Of a DNA stretch of 64,000 bases, positions 36,401-45,217 are shown in pieces. The notes below the pieces were generated by a model. That model had not been told where the DNA came from, did no database searches, and was given only the letters and a program-made list of their open reading frames with translations. Made by a program: the position numbers and the translations under genes. The number at the start of each line of letters is the position of its first letter. Position 1 is the stretch's first letter. This DNA is from a virus: positions 9,644-73,643 of the IMG/VR virus record IMGVR_UViG_3300049846_002076; one strand, written 5' to 3'.

Positions 36401-38417
36401 AGGTCTGCAGGATGTAGCGGTTCATGTTCAACAGCAGACCACCTTCCTTCGCGGCGATGTTCTCGTCGGTGCAGCCGAAAAGGGTGATGGCGCTCGAGCG
36501 CTGCGGGCGACCCGAGTTGAGCACCGCAGGGTCGTAGACCTTCAGAGTCTCCTGCCTGTATTTGTTCGTGGCATTGAAGAAGGTGACCGCGATCTCGTTC
36601 GCTCGCTCAGTCATCGGGAGCCAGTTGATCTTGAACGAGCCTTTCGCGATGTTGCCCATGCCGAACATCATCACGGGTGTATCGGCACGTTCGATCGCGA
36701 CCGACCAGCGCGTGCCGACGTTTACGAGTTGGGCATGACCCAGTCGACAGACGTATTGCAGCGCATCCCAGAGTTGAAGCGCAGAATCGAAGACGCCATT
36801 GAACTCCAGGTTGTTGTCGTCGCAGTGTTTCGCCCAGTCCTTGAACGCCTCCATGTCGATGCGACTCTCGGCAAGCTGACCGCCATAGCGCATGTGCGTG
36901 AGCATGTCGAGCGCGATCCAGGCGGGATTCGAGTTGTTCCCGTATCCCCATTGCCGGGTGACTGGATCCCACATCTTGATGACGCGACCGTGATTGACGA
37001 AGGTCACGTTGGGGAGTCCGTTCAGTTGATCGGTGAGCTTGACCTTGATCCCGACGAGTGCCGAATGGTTATAGGCAACCTTCGAGGGCGTGATCTCGTT
37101 GATGTCGGAAAGGTAGACCTCGTCCGACACGTAGAGGTCAGTCGACTTCGGCGTGATGCGCTTGATGCGAATGTCGTATCTGGCGTTCGCGGCGAGCTTG
37201 GGCGTCGAGAAGCTGCGACGCACCGCAGAACGGCTCTTGTCTGTGATGACAAGTTTGTTCTGGTAGGTGACGTTCTGAGTGGCTTGTGCGATAGCGTAGG
37301 TGACCGGACTGCCACCATTGGGGTCAGGGTCGGTGACGTTCTGGTTGTTCGTGGTCGTGTTCGAGCTTGTGATGTCGGAGATCGCCTGCAGCGGGATCCA
37401 GGTGCCGCTACCCATTTGCTTGTAGTCGATTGCGATCTCGACGCTGTAGCTCTGAAGTGATCCGTCGTCCTTGTTGACCTTGAAGAGTCCGCCAGGAAAG
37501 ACGACATCGAAACGCAACTTCTCGCACGTCCCGGGTGTCGTGTAAGACCAGAATGTCCCGTCGTTCGGGATTTTCATCTGGACGTTGCGTGCCGTGAACG
37601 AGTCGTTGAACCAGTCGATGAGCTCCTGGTTCGCGGTGCCCATGCGAGTCTTCCACTCAGCGTTCTGGAAGTTCCCGATCGGCTGATCGTTCAACTCGAT
37701 CTGGTCGATGTTGAGGATGGGCCCTTCACCCGCGTTGATGAGCATGTAGAGCATCTGCGTCGCTTCGACGTTCTCCACATAGAGGCCGATGATGTTACCG
37801 GCCATGCGGTGCGAGCCGTAGCAGACGGGAACCGCGATCCCTTCGGCAGACGAGTTCTTCGGGCCGTCGATGCCGTAGGTGTTCGTCTGGTCGCCCATGC
37901 CGTTATTCATGTTCGGCTGCACGGGCTTCACCGGAAGCAGGGAGTTCACCAGCATCGAGCCAGCGATCATGATCCCCGCTTGCGCGATTGCGGTGCCCGC
38001 CGCGAGAGACATATTGAAAGTCGACGACAGGTAAGAGCCAACGCCAGGGGCGAAATAGTTCGCAATCACTGTGACCGCGATCATCGCGACGATACGCAGG
38101 ATGTTCTTGCCCCCTCCCCCGCCCTCGGGCACAGGGCACATGACGATGTGATCGTCGGGCTTGAGGAAGGTCTTGGTGTAGTTCTCGGGGTCGATGATTC
38201 CGCCGTTGACGCTGATGACGTATTCGGCATGCGCCATCACGGTCGGGACAAGGTCGACGACGAGCATCCCGGGCATCCAGGGCTGCTGGTGGCGGGTGTG
38301 TTCCCTCGGATCGAACGGGTTTGTGATCGTGATGATCGTGAGCCCGGCGTCAGCCGAGATCAGTTCGCCTTCAAGCGCGGGACGATCAGCGATTTCCGAC
38401 ATAGCGGTAGTAGTCAT
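33414..38417 (-). CDS. Central tail tip/host-specificity protein (lambda gpI+gpJ-like fusion; start 38417 or 38402)
   Basis: N-terminal ubiquitin-like part ending PVPEGGGGGK; VPVCYG, GEGPI, NPAWIALDML, FN3-like parts, YTVKIDNNGYVTGFGL, GWRIQKNG. Confidence 0.9.
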   Translation of the reverse strand: MTTTAMSEIADRPALEGELISADAGLTIITITNPFDPREHTRHQQPWMPGMLVVDLVPTVMAHAEYVISVNGGIIDPENYTKTFLKPDDHIVMCPVPEGGGGGKNILRIVAMIAVTVIANYFAPGVGSYLSSTFNMSLAAGTAIAQAGIMIAGSMLVNSLLPVKPVQPNMNNGMGDQTNTYGIDGPKNSSAEGIAVPVCYGSHRMAGNIIGLYVENVEATQMLYMLINAGEGPILNIDQIELNDQPIGNFQNAEWKTRMGTANQELIDWFNDSFTARNVQMKIPNDGTFWSYTTPGTCEKLRFDVVFPGGLFKVNKDDGSLQSYSVEIAIDYKQMGSGTWIPLQAISDITSSNTTTNNQNVTDPDPNGGSPVTYAIAQATQNVTYQNKLVITDKSRSAVRRSFSTPKLAANARYDIRIKRITPKSTDLYVSDEVYLSDINEITPSKVAYNHSALVGIKVKLTDQLNGLPNVTFVNHGRVIKMWDPVTRQWGYGNNSNPAWIALDMLTHMRYGGQLAESRIDMEAFKDWAKHCDDNNLEFNGVFDSALQLWDALQYVCRLGHAQLVNVGTRWSVAIERADTPVMMFGMGNIAKGSFKINWLPMTERANEIAVTFFNATNKYRQETLKVYDPAVLNSGRPQRSSAITLFGCTDENIAAKEGGLLLNMNRYILQTCEFETNIEALACTVGSLIYIQHDMPNWEWSGRLAAGSTSSVLQLDRPITFPAGSYKALVIYPSVQVGSATVTSVNTTEKYVGFSSLPAGNFKRVSINGVERAAQRSASTNYIWVDDVSGISNGQVATFYDTDVIVEADVVNPVATVSSVTLTAPLAPGAPAEYSHWMIGPVTKVKRKFRVKNITAGSDDLKRHVTCVQYDEAVYNVSGYTGPGGIVPPGGPTNPGYALSHVQNLSVYEEVYISGAQVKNRITLAWSPPQYGIYKGADVYVSVNNDPMKKVTEAVGAPRYSMDADVGSVVKFKVVAFDMFDKRANFDTAPTLTYTVTGTSTTPPQTPPVTGLNIIWSGRDCKLYWRYNSRNNSYEIGSEPYGADSGSLDPSILDYEVKVYHNVNVGSPNAQTWVYKRTEYTTRPAFTYTYEMNQADGLKRHLKFEVRVRPKIGAPGPIAFATAYNPPPWLYGLKVKNVSFETAEVIYNRPTDPDFDGVLLYVSQNSNIPETPETLAYDGPNTSIILNKLGADTVYWVKAAAYDTFGKTGLNFTQPISFKTTFMDINAIADGIVGVDKLDALLRSRIDLVDGDMPNSVNARILGEANARQAAVLSEQTARQNADSSQAAKTDTVYAALAGVGSAAAQEAIMANLTSQGGTASILDSLSVSVANAQAAISTEQSVRAAADTSQATSITTLTSKVDLKNRTFFQNAAPVSDSNYTLVVNDVWIETDNNNKRYMWNGATWLATAENALLSGNRVFHQSSAPASDASYTLRVSDLWFDTLDGNRAYRWNGTAWVASADDRITSHTTSIQTMQTTIDGIEGQYTVKIDNNGYVTGFGLASTGVQDPATGLFRFSSEFEVLADKFSIRFPSYPTAKPFTVGMVNGLARIVVDGALIGDATITNAKIGNEIKSDNFEAGVAGWRIQKNGTAEFDKLVLRGWKSTTVYVPNNGTATHNWGESRTTAPVVTVVSSAGSAAINSLSSTGITVRLDFSSGGNVDIYWF

Positions 38418-38778
38418 GGATGCGTTGACTCCAGTCGGCCAGGCGTTCGACGACGACCCCGCCCGATCCTTCCCAGGTGTGGATGAAGCGATCGGCCGGC
38501 AGCACGATCCCGCAATGGGCGATCCGCCCCAGGATCTTGATGACGACCACCGCACCGGGTTCGGGGCTGGTGGGCTCCCAGAGCTGAAGCTGGTTCATCA
38601 TCAGTGCCGAAATGTGCGGGCGGTCGCTCGGGGAGCGATAGTCGGGCAGCAACACCCCCTGACGACGATGGAGCTCGCGCACGAGCCCGTAGCAGTCGAA
38701 GGTGTCGGGGCCCCGACCGCCGTAGGCGAACGGGGTTCCGACCAGGTCGGCAACCTCAGAAGTATCTGGAGCCCGCAT
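38386..38778 (-). CDS. NlpC/P60 tail assembly protein (gpK-like)
   Basis: GTPFAYGGRGPDTFDCYGLV...HCGIV...FIH. Confidence 0.88.
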   Translation of the reverse strand: MRAPDTSEVADLVGTPFAYGGRGPDTFDCYGLVRELHRRQGVLLPDYRSPSDRPHISALMMNQLQLWEPTSPEPGAVVVIKILGRIAHCGIVLPADRFIHTWEGSGGVVVERLADWSQRIHDYYRYVGNR

Positions 38779-39406
38779 TGTTGATCCCCGGGAATGCCCC
38801 GAAGTTGGCTTCGTTGTTGTGGGCCTTGCAGCCGTTGGGGCCGGAAAGGGTGAAGTCGCAGCCGACGATGCCGCCGGCGTATTTGCATGTGGCCGGATCC
38901 TTATAGCGCCAGGCGCAGAAGTTCTTGACCTGCAGACGCCGCGGGAAGAGCTTCGTCAGGGGGTTTTCCGCCCCGAGCGTGAAGGAGCAGACGTATTCGG
39001 AGACCGACGCCCCGATGATCTCGAAGAAGAACTGCACCTCGGGCTTGAGGCTCGGAAGGGTGCCAGTCGTGCCATGCACGACCGAGACTGTGACCTTGAA
39101 GCCCACCCCGCCGCCGTAGCTCTCGAGGCGCTGCGCGATCGTCTTCGTGTAGTCGACGACCGTCAGGTTGATCTCGGGCTGCGCTCCCGCCTCTTCCTTC
39201 AGCTCGACATCGAACTCGGCGGCGGTGTAGACGTTGCCGTTCCAGGTGACGTTTTCGCTGTTCTTGACCAGGCGGAGCGTCTCGACGTCGCTTTGTGTCG
39301 ACGGGTCGACCACCGTGACGTCCAGGCACAGGAGGAAGGGGACGGCTGAAGCGACCTTGTTCTTCTCGAGAACGGTCGCGATCGAGAGGGATTTGTTGGC
39401 AGGCAT
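38756..39406 (-). CDS. Minor tail protein L-like hub protein
   Basis: CAWRYKDPATC...CDFTL...GCKAHNNEANFGAFPG. Confidence 0.85.
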   Translation of the reverse strand: MPANKSLSIATVLEKNKVASAVPFLLCLDVTVVDPSTQSDVETLRLVKNSENVTWNGNVYTAAEFDVELKEEAGAQPEINLTVVDYTKTIAQRLESYGGGVGFKVTVSVVHGTTGTLPSLKPEVQFFFEIIGASVSEYVCSFTLGAENPLTKLFPRRLQVKNFCAWRYKDPATCKYAGGIVGCDFTLSGPNGCKAHNNEANFGAFPGINNAGSRYF

Positions 39407-39412
39407 AGGCGT

Positions 39413-39434
39413 ATTTTGACAGTCAGTGCTGCCT
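39413..39434 (-). promoter_or_regulatory. Leaderless-type promoter (CAAAAT 6 nt before the ATG) plus AGTCA-GTGC-TGCCT box
   Basis: attttg at 39413-39418; box at 39421-39434. Confidence 0.6.
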
Positions 39435-39445
39435 GATGCAAGGGG

Positions 39446-39475
39446 AAACGAAAACGGGCGCCGAAGCGCCCGTTT
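39446..39475 (-). terminator. Rho-independent terminator
   Basis: AAACGGGCG-loop-CGCCCGTTT with a T-rich tail on the minus strand. Confidence 0.75.
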
Positions 39476-39493
39476 GCGGGGTCAGGAGACCTC

Positions 39494-40201
39494 TTAGGCG
39501 ATCGTGCCGCCGTCGTTCAGGTCGACGCGCCACATGCTGCCGAGCCAGGTCAGGATCGCCGCCTTGTTCTGCGGGATGGTGATCTTCGTGCCGCCCTGGA
39601 TCGTGCAGTAGACGACCACCGAGCCGGCGCCGATGTTGACCAGGTTCTTGTCCTGGCCTTCGTCGCCCGCCGCCAGGATGGCGTTGCCGCCCGTGGCGTT
39701 GTTGAAGATCGAGGTCTCGGTGTCGAGGGAGACCGCGTAGTTGGCCTTGCCGTTCGTCTGGCGGGTCACCACGACCGTGCTGTGGGTCGAGCCGAAGTCG
39801 GCCGTGGTCGTGTTGCCCAGATCGCCGGAGAGCGCCACCGGAGTCGCCGTGAGGGCGGTGTTGGTGTCGGTCTTGGTGAAGGTGAACGCGGCGACCGTCG
39901 GTTTGGCTGCCTTGGCGGCGTCGAGGGCGGTGATCAGGTTCGTGATCGAGGTCGACAGGTCGACCCCCACGTTCCACTGATACGCGGCGGCACCGGAGGC
40001 GACGGCGGTGAAGACCACGCCACCGACCGTGACGGTGTCACCGGCGATGTGGTTGCCCGTGAAGACGATCTTCGACGCGGAGGCATCGGCGCCGCCGGCA
40101 TAGGCGAAGGTCTCGGGCTCGCCCGTCTTGCCCGCGGCGATCGCGGAAAGCGGGTTGGTCTTGTAGGCGGGGGTGACGTATTTCGGGCTGTGCATGGTCA
40201 T
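39494..40201 (-). CDS. Virion accessory protein sharing a domain with the tail tube protein (start 40201 or 40195)
   Basis: SKIVFTGNHIAGDTVTVGGVVFTAV...VGVDLSTSITNLITALDA resembles the tail tube insert. Confidence 0.7.
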   Translation of the reverse strand: MTMHSPKYVTPAYKTNPLSAIAAGKTGEPETFAYAGGADASASKIVFTGNHIAGDTVTVGGVVFTAVASGAAAYQWNVGVDLSTSITNLITALDAAKAAKPTVAAFTFTKTDTNTALTATPVALSGDLGNTTTADFGSTHSTVVVTRQTNGKANYAVSLDTETSIFNNATGGNAILAAGDEGQDKNLVNIGAGSVVVYCTIQGGTKITIPQNKAAILTWLGSMWRVDLNDGGTIA

Positions 40202-40262
40202 TCCTTTCTAAGGAGAGTTGAAAGCGAGCGCTGACTATACTTGAAAATGAATTTCGTGTCTA

Positions 40263-40625
40263 CTAGACCTGCTCGAGGCTCAAGGTGACGTCCCAGAGCT
40301 TCGTGTTGCCCATGCCGGCGTAGTCGAAGTTGATCGGCCCCTTGAACCGCACCGTGTAGACCGTGCTGGTGTCGGGTTCCGTCCAGGTGAATGAGTCGGA
40401 TCCGCCGGCGACCGTGTCCCAGAAGGTCTCCAGGGTCAGCTTGTCGGCGTTGAGCATGCTCTTCCAGCCGATCGTCCAGGTGCGACGGGCGGCCCGGGTA
40501 TGCCGCGGGCGCGATGTCATGTAGCCGCCGTCCATCTCGGTGCGAATCGACTTGTCCTCCTTCGAGACCTTGTAGAGCTTCGAGTCCCACCCTTGGGAGT
40601 TGTGGTTCAGGGGGAAGGCGGCCAT
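40263..40625 (-). CDS. Distal tail protein (gpM-like)
   Basis: IRTEMDGGY...RRTWTIGW...GGSDSFTWTEP; directly after the tape measure gene. Confidence 0.8.
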   Translation of the reverse strand: MAAFPLNHNSQGWDSKLYKVSKEDKSIRTEMDGGYMTSRPRHTRAARRTWTIGWKSMLNADKLTLETFWDTVAGGSDSFTWTEPDTSTVYTVRFKGPINFDYAGMGNTKLWDVTLSLEQV

Positions 40626-43600
40626 TAGCGCAGCGCTCCTTTCATGCCGTCACGGAAGTTGCCGGGACGGGAGACCGCCGAGAGCACCACGTCGAGGATG
40701 AGCTTCTGGCCGTCGAAGCGGGGTTGACCCTGCTGCTCTGCCTCGACCTGCTGGCCGGTCTGGTTGATGACGTTCACGACGACGTTCGGGGCGCCGCCCT
40801 GCATGCTCACCGGGATCGACCGACCGTCAGGCAGGGGAACGTAGGCTTCGGGACGGGAACCCTCTCCGAACAAGGCGACCTGGGGCGACTTGGCGACACC
40901 ACCGTAGGCATACTTGCGAAGCGGGAGCGGGCCTTCGGGGGTCATGATGCCGCCCTTCGCGAAGGTTCCGTCCGGCGAGGACATGTAGCCTGCCGGGGGC
41001 GTGGCACCAAGACCAAGCCCGTTCAGAATCCACCCACCAATCGAGGGGAGCAGTCCCGACAGCGGCTTCACGAGCGTCGCCTGAATCTGGATCTTCAGGA
41101 TGTCCATGAGAATCGACGCAGCGAAGTCGGAGAAGTTGAATTTCCCCGTCTTCACGAAGTTGAGGACCTCGTTCACGCCGTTCTGCGCCCACTGCGCGGT
41201 GGCGTTGTCCATTTGGGTCGCGGTGTCTTTCCACGAGTCGAGCATCTTGTCGACCGCGGTCTTGTGCTGCCGGAAGAAGGCAGCTTCGTTCGCCGCCATG
41301 TTGTCCAGCATCATCTTGTGGGCATCGTTCACGAAGATCATCGCCCAGGCCCATTCCTCGGTGTAGGGCTGCAGCCCGGCAAGCGCCGCGGTCTTCATCG
41401 CGTCGAATTGCTTGACCAGACGCTCGTTCGACGCTTGCAACGATGCCCGGGCGCGTTCCATCGGGTTCTCGATCGCGTCCGCAGCAAGGGTTTGGGTCTT
41501 CGCACGCAAGTCGCTTGCGAAATTCATCAGGGCAGCGAGGCCCGTGTTCTGGGTGATCTGCGCGGCTTTCTGGTCGAAGGTCTCAATCTCGCCCGTCAGA
41601 CGAATGATGCCCTGGCGAATGTTCTCGATTTCCTCGGGCTTGAGCTTGCTCAGAATCTTCGGGTCGGAAAGCTGAGTCTCGAGCCCGGCCCGGGTGTCGA
41701 TCAGGGTCGCCCGCATCTTCGCGAGACTCTGCTCGACCTTCATGACGGCCGACGACCGGCGCTCGGCGTTTTCAGGATCCCAGAAGCGCTCGGAAGACTG
41801 CGCCAGGTCTTCGATGCTCTTGGCGAGCTCCTTGTTGGCATTGCCGATGATCTGGTTATTCTTCGTCGCGATTTCGGCGATCGTGAGATAGAAGCCCTCG
41901 AGGATCAGACGGGAGTCATCGGCGGCGGGGCGAATGAGCTTCTTCGGGTCAGCGGCGTCCGCGACGTCATAGCGCCCTTCCTTCAGCATGCCCTGAACGC
42001 GACGGGTCACGCGCTCGTAGACCTCGGAGACCGTCACCGTGCCATCTTCGATCTCGCCGAGCTTCGCGAGAGCCTCGTTCATCTTGATGCGGGCATCTTC
42101 GAGGGAGCGGGTGAGAGGCTCCTCGCGACGATCCTTCTTCTCCATCTTCATCTGGTTGTCGGCGAACTTGCGCGACTCGCTCACCAGATCCATCTGCTGA
42201 GAGATGAGACGCTTCACCGCGTTCAGGCGACCCTGCGCCTCGGGACTCAGGGGCCCCTTGTCGTATTCGGCTTCGAGACGCGAGCGAATCCCCTGCAGCG
42301 CCGCGAGTTCCGCCTCCGCCTGCTTCGCGCCGATCTCCCCGATCTGCTTCGCGAACAGGGTGAGCTTGTCCTTCTTCTTCTCCGGCGAGACGCTGGTGTC
42401 GAGCTCGAGCTCGTTGCGCTTTTCCTTCACCCGGTCGCGCTGCTCGTCGAACCCCTTCGCGATCGCGATCTTGGCGGCGTCGAATTCCTTCTCGATCGCA
42501 CTGGCGCCGACCTTCGCGTTGTTGTCGGAGACCTGCTTCATCGCCTCGTTGCGATCTTTCGTCGCCGCGGCGAGCTCTTCCTTCCACTCGGCGAGCTCCT
42601 TCTCGAAGGCAGCACGCATCTTCGGGCGGTTGCGAAAGCGATAGTCCTTGTCGGTCGCCGGCAGGGACAGAATCTTCTCGCGCTCTTCGATCTTGCGCTT
42701 GAGCTCCTCGACCCGGGCGTCGGTCGAATCGAGGGTTTCCTTGTCCGCGGTGCCGCTCGCCAGGGCACGCTTGACCTTCTCGATCGCCTCTTTGCCGCGA
42801 TTGCCCCACTCCATCCAGAGCGGGATGCCGATCGAGAGCACCGTGATGAGCACTCCAAACGGGCCGCCGAGCGCAGCCAGCAACCCGCGCAGACCCGCTG
42901 CAGCCAACCCCAGTGCCCCGAGCGACTTGCCGGCATTCGCGGCAGAGTCGGCTTGACGACCGAGGACGGTGATTTGGTTGCGGTGCTCTTCCGAGGTCTT
43001 GGCGATCTCGGCACGGAGCTCCTGGTTCTTCTTCATCTGCTCGTCGGCGATACGGGCGGCAGTCTGGGACGCGGCGATCTGACCCGCGATTGCGGCCTGG
43101 TCGACGTAGCGGCCACCGACCTTGGTGCCGTCGATTGTCGTGCCCGCGGCATAGCGTCCGGCACGGGAGATTGCCTCGAGGTTCGCGATGCGGGCGAGGT
43201 GCTGCGCGTGCTGCGTCTCGAGCGCGGCGTATTCAGCACGCTTGCGTGCCATGATTTCAGCGGAAGCGGCCACCGCCATTTCCCGCTCGGTGATCTGCGC
43301 CCGCGCAACCGCGGCGATGCGTTCGTTCAGGGCTGCATTCGCCTGCTGCATTGTCACCATTTGGGCCCGGAAGGGCGCCGCCAGGGCACCGGAGGCGGAA
43401 ACCGCCCATTCCTTCAGCTTATTCGCCCCAAAGAACACCGCGGCGGCGATTGCGAGATCCTTGATCAGCGTCGACATCTCGTAGAGCTGCTTGACGAACT
43501 GGGTGCCGTAGATGACCGCGGTCTTCAGTCCTTCACCCACCTCATACGCGAAGCGCTTCGCTTCGGGCCCCTTGAGCATTTCCATCAGCTCGCGGGTGCT

Positions 43601-44452
43601 TTCCTTGAGTGCCCCCATGAAGCCCTGACCTGCGGCGTTCTCGAGCAGACGCCAGGTCGTCTCCAACTGCTGCACGAGACCGACCCAGGTGTCCATCATC
43701 GCGGCAGCGGCGCCCCGGTTCTGAAGCTGCATCTGCACGAACATCCGGGCAAGACCTTCCCGGGCCTGCACTTCGCCCTTGGAAACGTGCTTGACGAACT
43801 GCGCCATGCTGTAGCCGGTGCCGTCCGCCATGAGCTGCATCGCGTTGGGGACAGCCTCGCCCAACTGCTGCCGCAGCTCTTCCATGGAGATGACACCCTT
43901 ACCGGCCATCTGCTGAATCGCGATCGAGGCACGGTGCAGGGTTTGGGAGTCGCCGCCGAACTTCGCGACCGAGTTGATGAGTCCGTCGAAACCGCCCTTC
44001 ATCGGGTCGACGCCGGCGCTCTTGAACTTCACGAAGGCGTCGGTGAGCGCCTTGATCTCGAACGGGGCGCGTTGAGCTGCGTCGATGATGAAGCCGAAAC
44101 TCTGTGCGGCATCGGCTTTCTTGGCGGCCTCGCCCGTGGCACGGGACAGACCTTCCATGAGCTTCGTCAGCCGTTCCATCTCGCCGGACGTCTTCACGAT
44201 CGAGCGCGGCAGACCCAGGATGACGTCGTTGAAGTCCATCAGGGCGAAGCGTGCCGCCCCGAGCATGACGACGAAATGCCGGAACGAGGTCAGGAGACCC
44301 TGGTGATGCGCTTTGTGCTTCTCGAGCGCCGCGTCGGCCTGTTGAAGCTGGCGGGTGAACGTCGAAATGACGCTCCCCGCCTTCGTCGTGGTGACGGTGA
44401 ATCCCCGATCCGTGAGGGTCAGGTCGACATTCAGTTCACCGACTGTTGCCAC
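40625..44452 (-). CDS. Tail tape measure protein
   Basis: 1275 aa helical; QMAGKGVISMEELRQQLGEAVP; FAKGG...ALFGEGSRPEAYVPL. Confidence 0.92.
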   Translation of the reverse strand: MATVGELNVDLTLTDRGFTVTTTKAGSVISTFTRQLQQADAALEKHKAHHQGLLTSFRHFVVMLGAARFALMDFNDVILGLPRSIVKTSGEMERLTKLMEGLSRATGEAAKKADAAQSFGFIIDAAQRAPFEIKALTDAFVKFKSAGVDPMKGGFDGLINSVAKFGGDSQTLHRASIAIQQMAGKGVISMEELRQQLGEAVPNAMQLMADGTGYSMAQFVKHVSKGEVQAREGLARMFVQMQLQNRGAAAAMMDTWVGLVQQLETTWRLLENAAGQGFMGALKESTRELMEMLKGPEAKRFAYEVGEGLKTAVIYGTQFVKQLYEMSTLIKDLAIAAAVFFGANKLKEWAVSASGALAAPFRAQMVTMQQANAALNERIAAVARAQITEREMAVAASAEIMARKRAEYAALETQHAQHLARIANLEAISRAGRYAAGTTIDGTKVGGRYVDQAAIAGQIAASQTAARIADEQMKKNQELRAEIAKTSEEHRNQITVLGRQADSAANAGKSLGALGLAAAGLRGLLAALGGPFGVLITVLSIGIPLWMEWGNRGKEAIEKVKRALASGTADKETLDSTDARVEELKRKIEEREKILSLPATDKDYRFRNRPKMRAAFEKELAEWKEELAAATKDRNEAMKQVSDNNAKVGASAIEKEFDAAKIAIAKGFDEQRDRVKEKRNELELDTSVSPEKKKDKLTLFAKQIGEIGAKQAEAELAALQGIRSRLEAEYDKGPLSPEAQGRLNAVKRLISQQMDLVSESRKFADNQMKMEKKDRREEPLTRSLEDARIKMNEALAKLGEIEDGTVTVSEVYERVTRRVQGMLKEGRYDVADAADPKKLIRPAADDSRLILEGFYLTIAEIATKNNQIIGNANKELAKSIEDLAQSSERFWDPENAERRSSAVMKVEQSLAKMRATLIDTRAGLETQLSDPKILSKLKPEEIENIRQGIIRLTGEIETFDQKAAQITQNTGLAALMNFASDLRAKTQTLAADAIENPMERARASLQASNERLVKQFDAMKTAALAGLQPYTEEWAWAMIFVNDAHKMMLDNMAANEAAFFRQHKTAVDKMLDSWKDTATQMDNATAQWAQNGVNEVLNFVKTGKFNFSDFAASILMDILKIQIQATLVKPLSGLLPSIGGWILNGLGLGATPPAGYMSSPDGTFAKGGIMTPEGPLPLRKYAYGGVAKSPQVALFGEGSRPEAYVPLPDGRSIPVSMQGGAPNVVVNVINQTGQQVEAEQQGQPRFDGQKLILDVVLSAVSRPGNFRDGMKGALR

Positions 44453-44467
44453 GACGTTTTCCTTTCG

Positions 44468-44782
44468 TTATTGAAGATTCCGCAGTTCGTCGAGTCCTGC
44501 TTGATCCAAGGGTTCTTCGCGAATGTCGGGCATCGCAACATCCCCGATGCCCAACACCAGTTCTTCGGAGAGTTCGGTCGCCGCCTCACTGTTCTGCGCT
44601 GCGATCGCGATCCGAAGATTGCGAAGGCTATCCTGGGCACGCAGTCGATCGACGTTACGAGAGAACACCCAGAAGGCGCGAATCGGCATCTTCATCACTT
44701 CCGCGTATCCCATGCAGTAGAACGAACTCACACGGCATACGAGAAAGCTGAAGTCGACCGAGCCCTCCTTCAGGACTTTGGG
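44468..44782 (-). CDS. Tail assembly chaperone GT extension, reached by -1 frameshift
   Basis: The -1 frame is open from CCCAAAG: PKVLKEGSVDFSFLVCRVSSFYCMGYAEVMKMPIRAFW. Confidence 0.75.
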   Translation of the reverse strand, partial: PKVLKEGSVDFSFLVCRVSSFYCMGYAEVMKMPIRAFWVFSRNVDRLRAQDSLRNLRIAIAAQNSEAATELSEELVLGIGDVAMPDIREEPLDQAGLDELRNLQ

Positions 44783-45123
44783 TCAGCGGCCTCCTCTGTG
44801 TTGGTGAGGACGCCGGGCGCTGCGCCCGCACCGTCGAACTCGCCGTTGATGTGGCTCACCAGTGCGGTGAGCTGCGGAATCTTGAGACCCTGCAGCACGT
44901 CTTCCGGGCACTCCGGCATGGCGAGGCGGATCGTCGAGATCATCGAATGGATGTGGTCTGCCTCGGTGAGGCCGACCTGCTTCTGCTTCTCCTCGAGCTT
45001 CTTCACTTCCTGCGAATAGGCGATGAAGCCCTCGACGCTCATCTCCTCGATCTTGTAGGTGACTCCCTTGATCGTGACGGCGCGGGTGACTTTCGCGAGT
45101 TCGTCCAGGTTCAGAATTTGCAC
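44770..45123 (-). CDS. Tail assembly chaperone (gpG-like)
   Basis: Between tail tube and tape measure; ends GAC CCA AAG TCC TGA. Confidence 0.8.
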   Translation of the reverse strand: MQILNLDELAKVTRAVTIKGVTYKIEEMSVEGFIAYSQEVKKLEEKQKQVGLTEADHIHSMISTIRLAMPECPEDVLQGLKIPQLTALVSHINGEFDGAGAAPGVLTNTEEAADPKS

Positions 45124-45150
45124 GACATCTCCTTCAGGGGTTGGGGATCG

Positions 45151-45183
45151 AAAGCCGAAAGACCCCCGCTCATGGCGGGGGTC
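45151..45183 (-). terminator. Rho-independent terminator after the tail tube gene
   Basis: GACCCCCGC-5 nt-GCGGGGGTC followed by TTTCGGCTTT on the minus strand. Confidence 0.75.
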
Positions 45184-45217
45184 ATCGGGCTATGTTTCAC
45201 TGCGGGGTAGGGCTAGG

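Noticed and set aside
40514-45019. 1501-aa plus-strand ORF and other long antisense ORFs (for example 10491-13190, 26190-28484, 33561-36200)
   Set aside because: Shadow ORFs opposite well-supported genes, expected from high-GC codon bias; no recognisable motifs.
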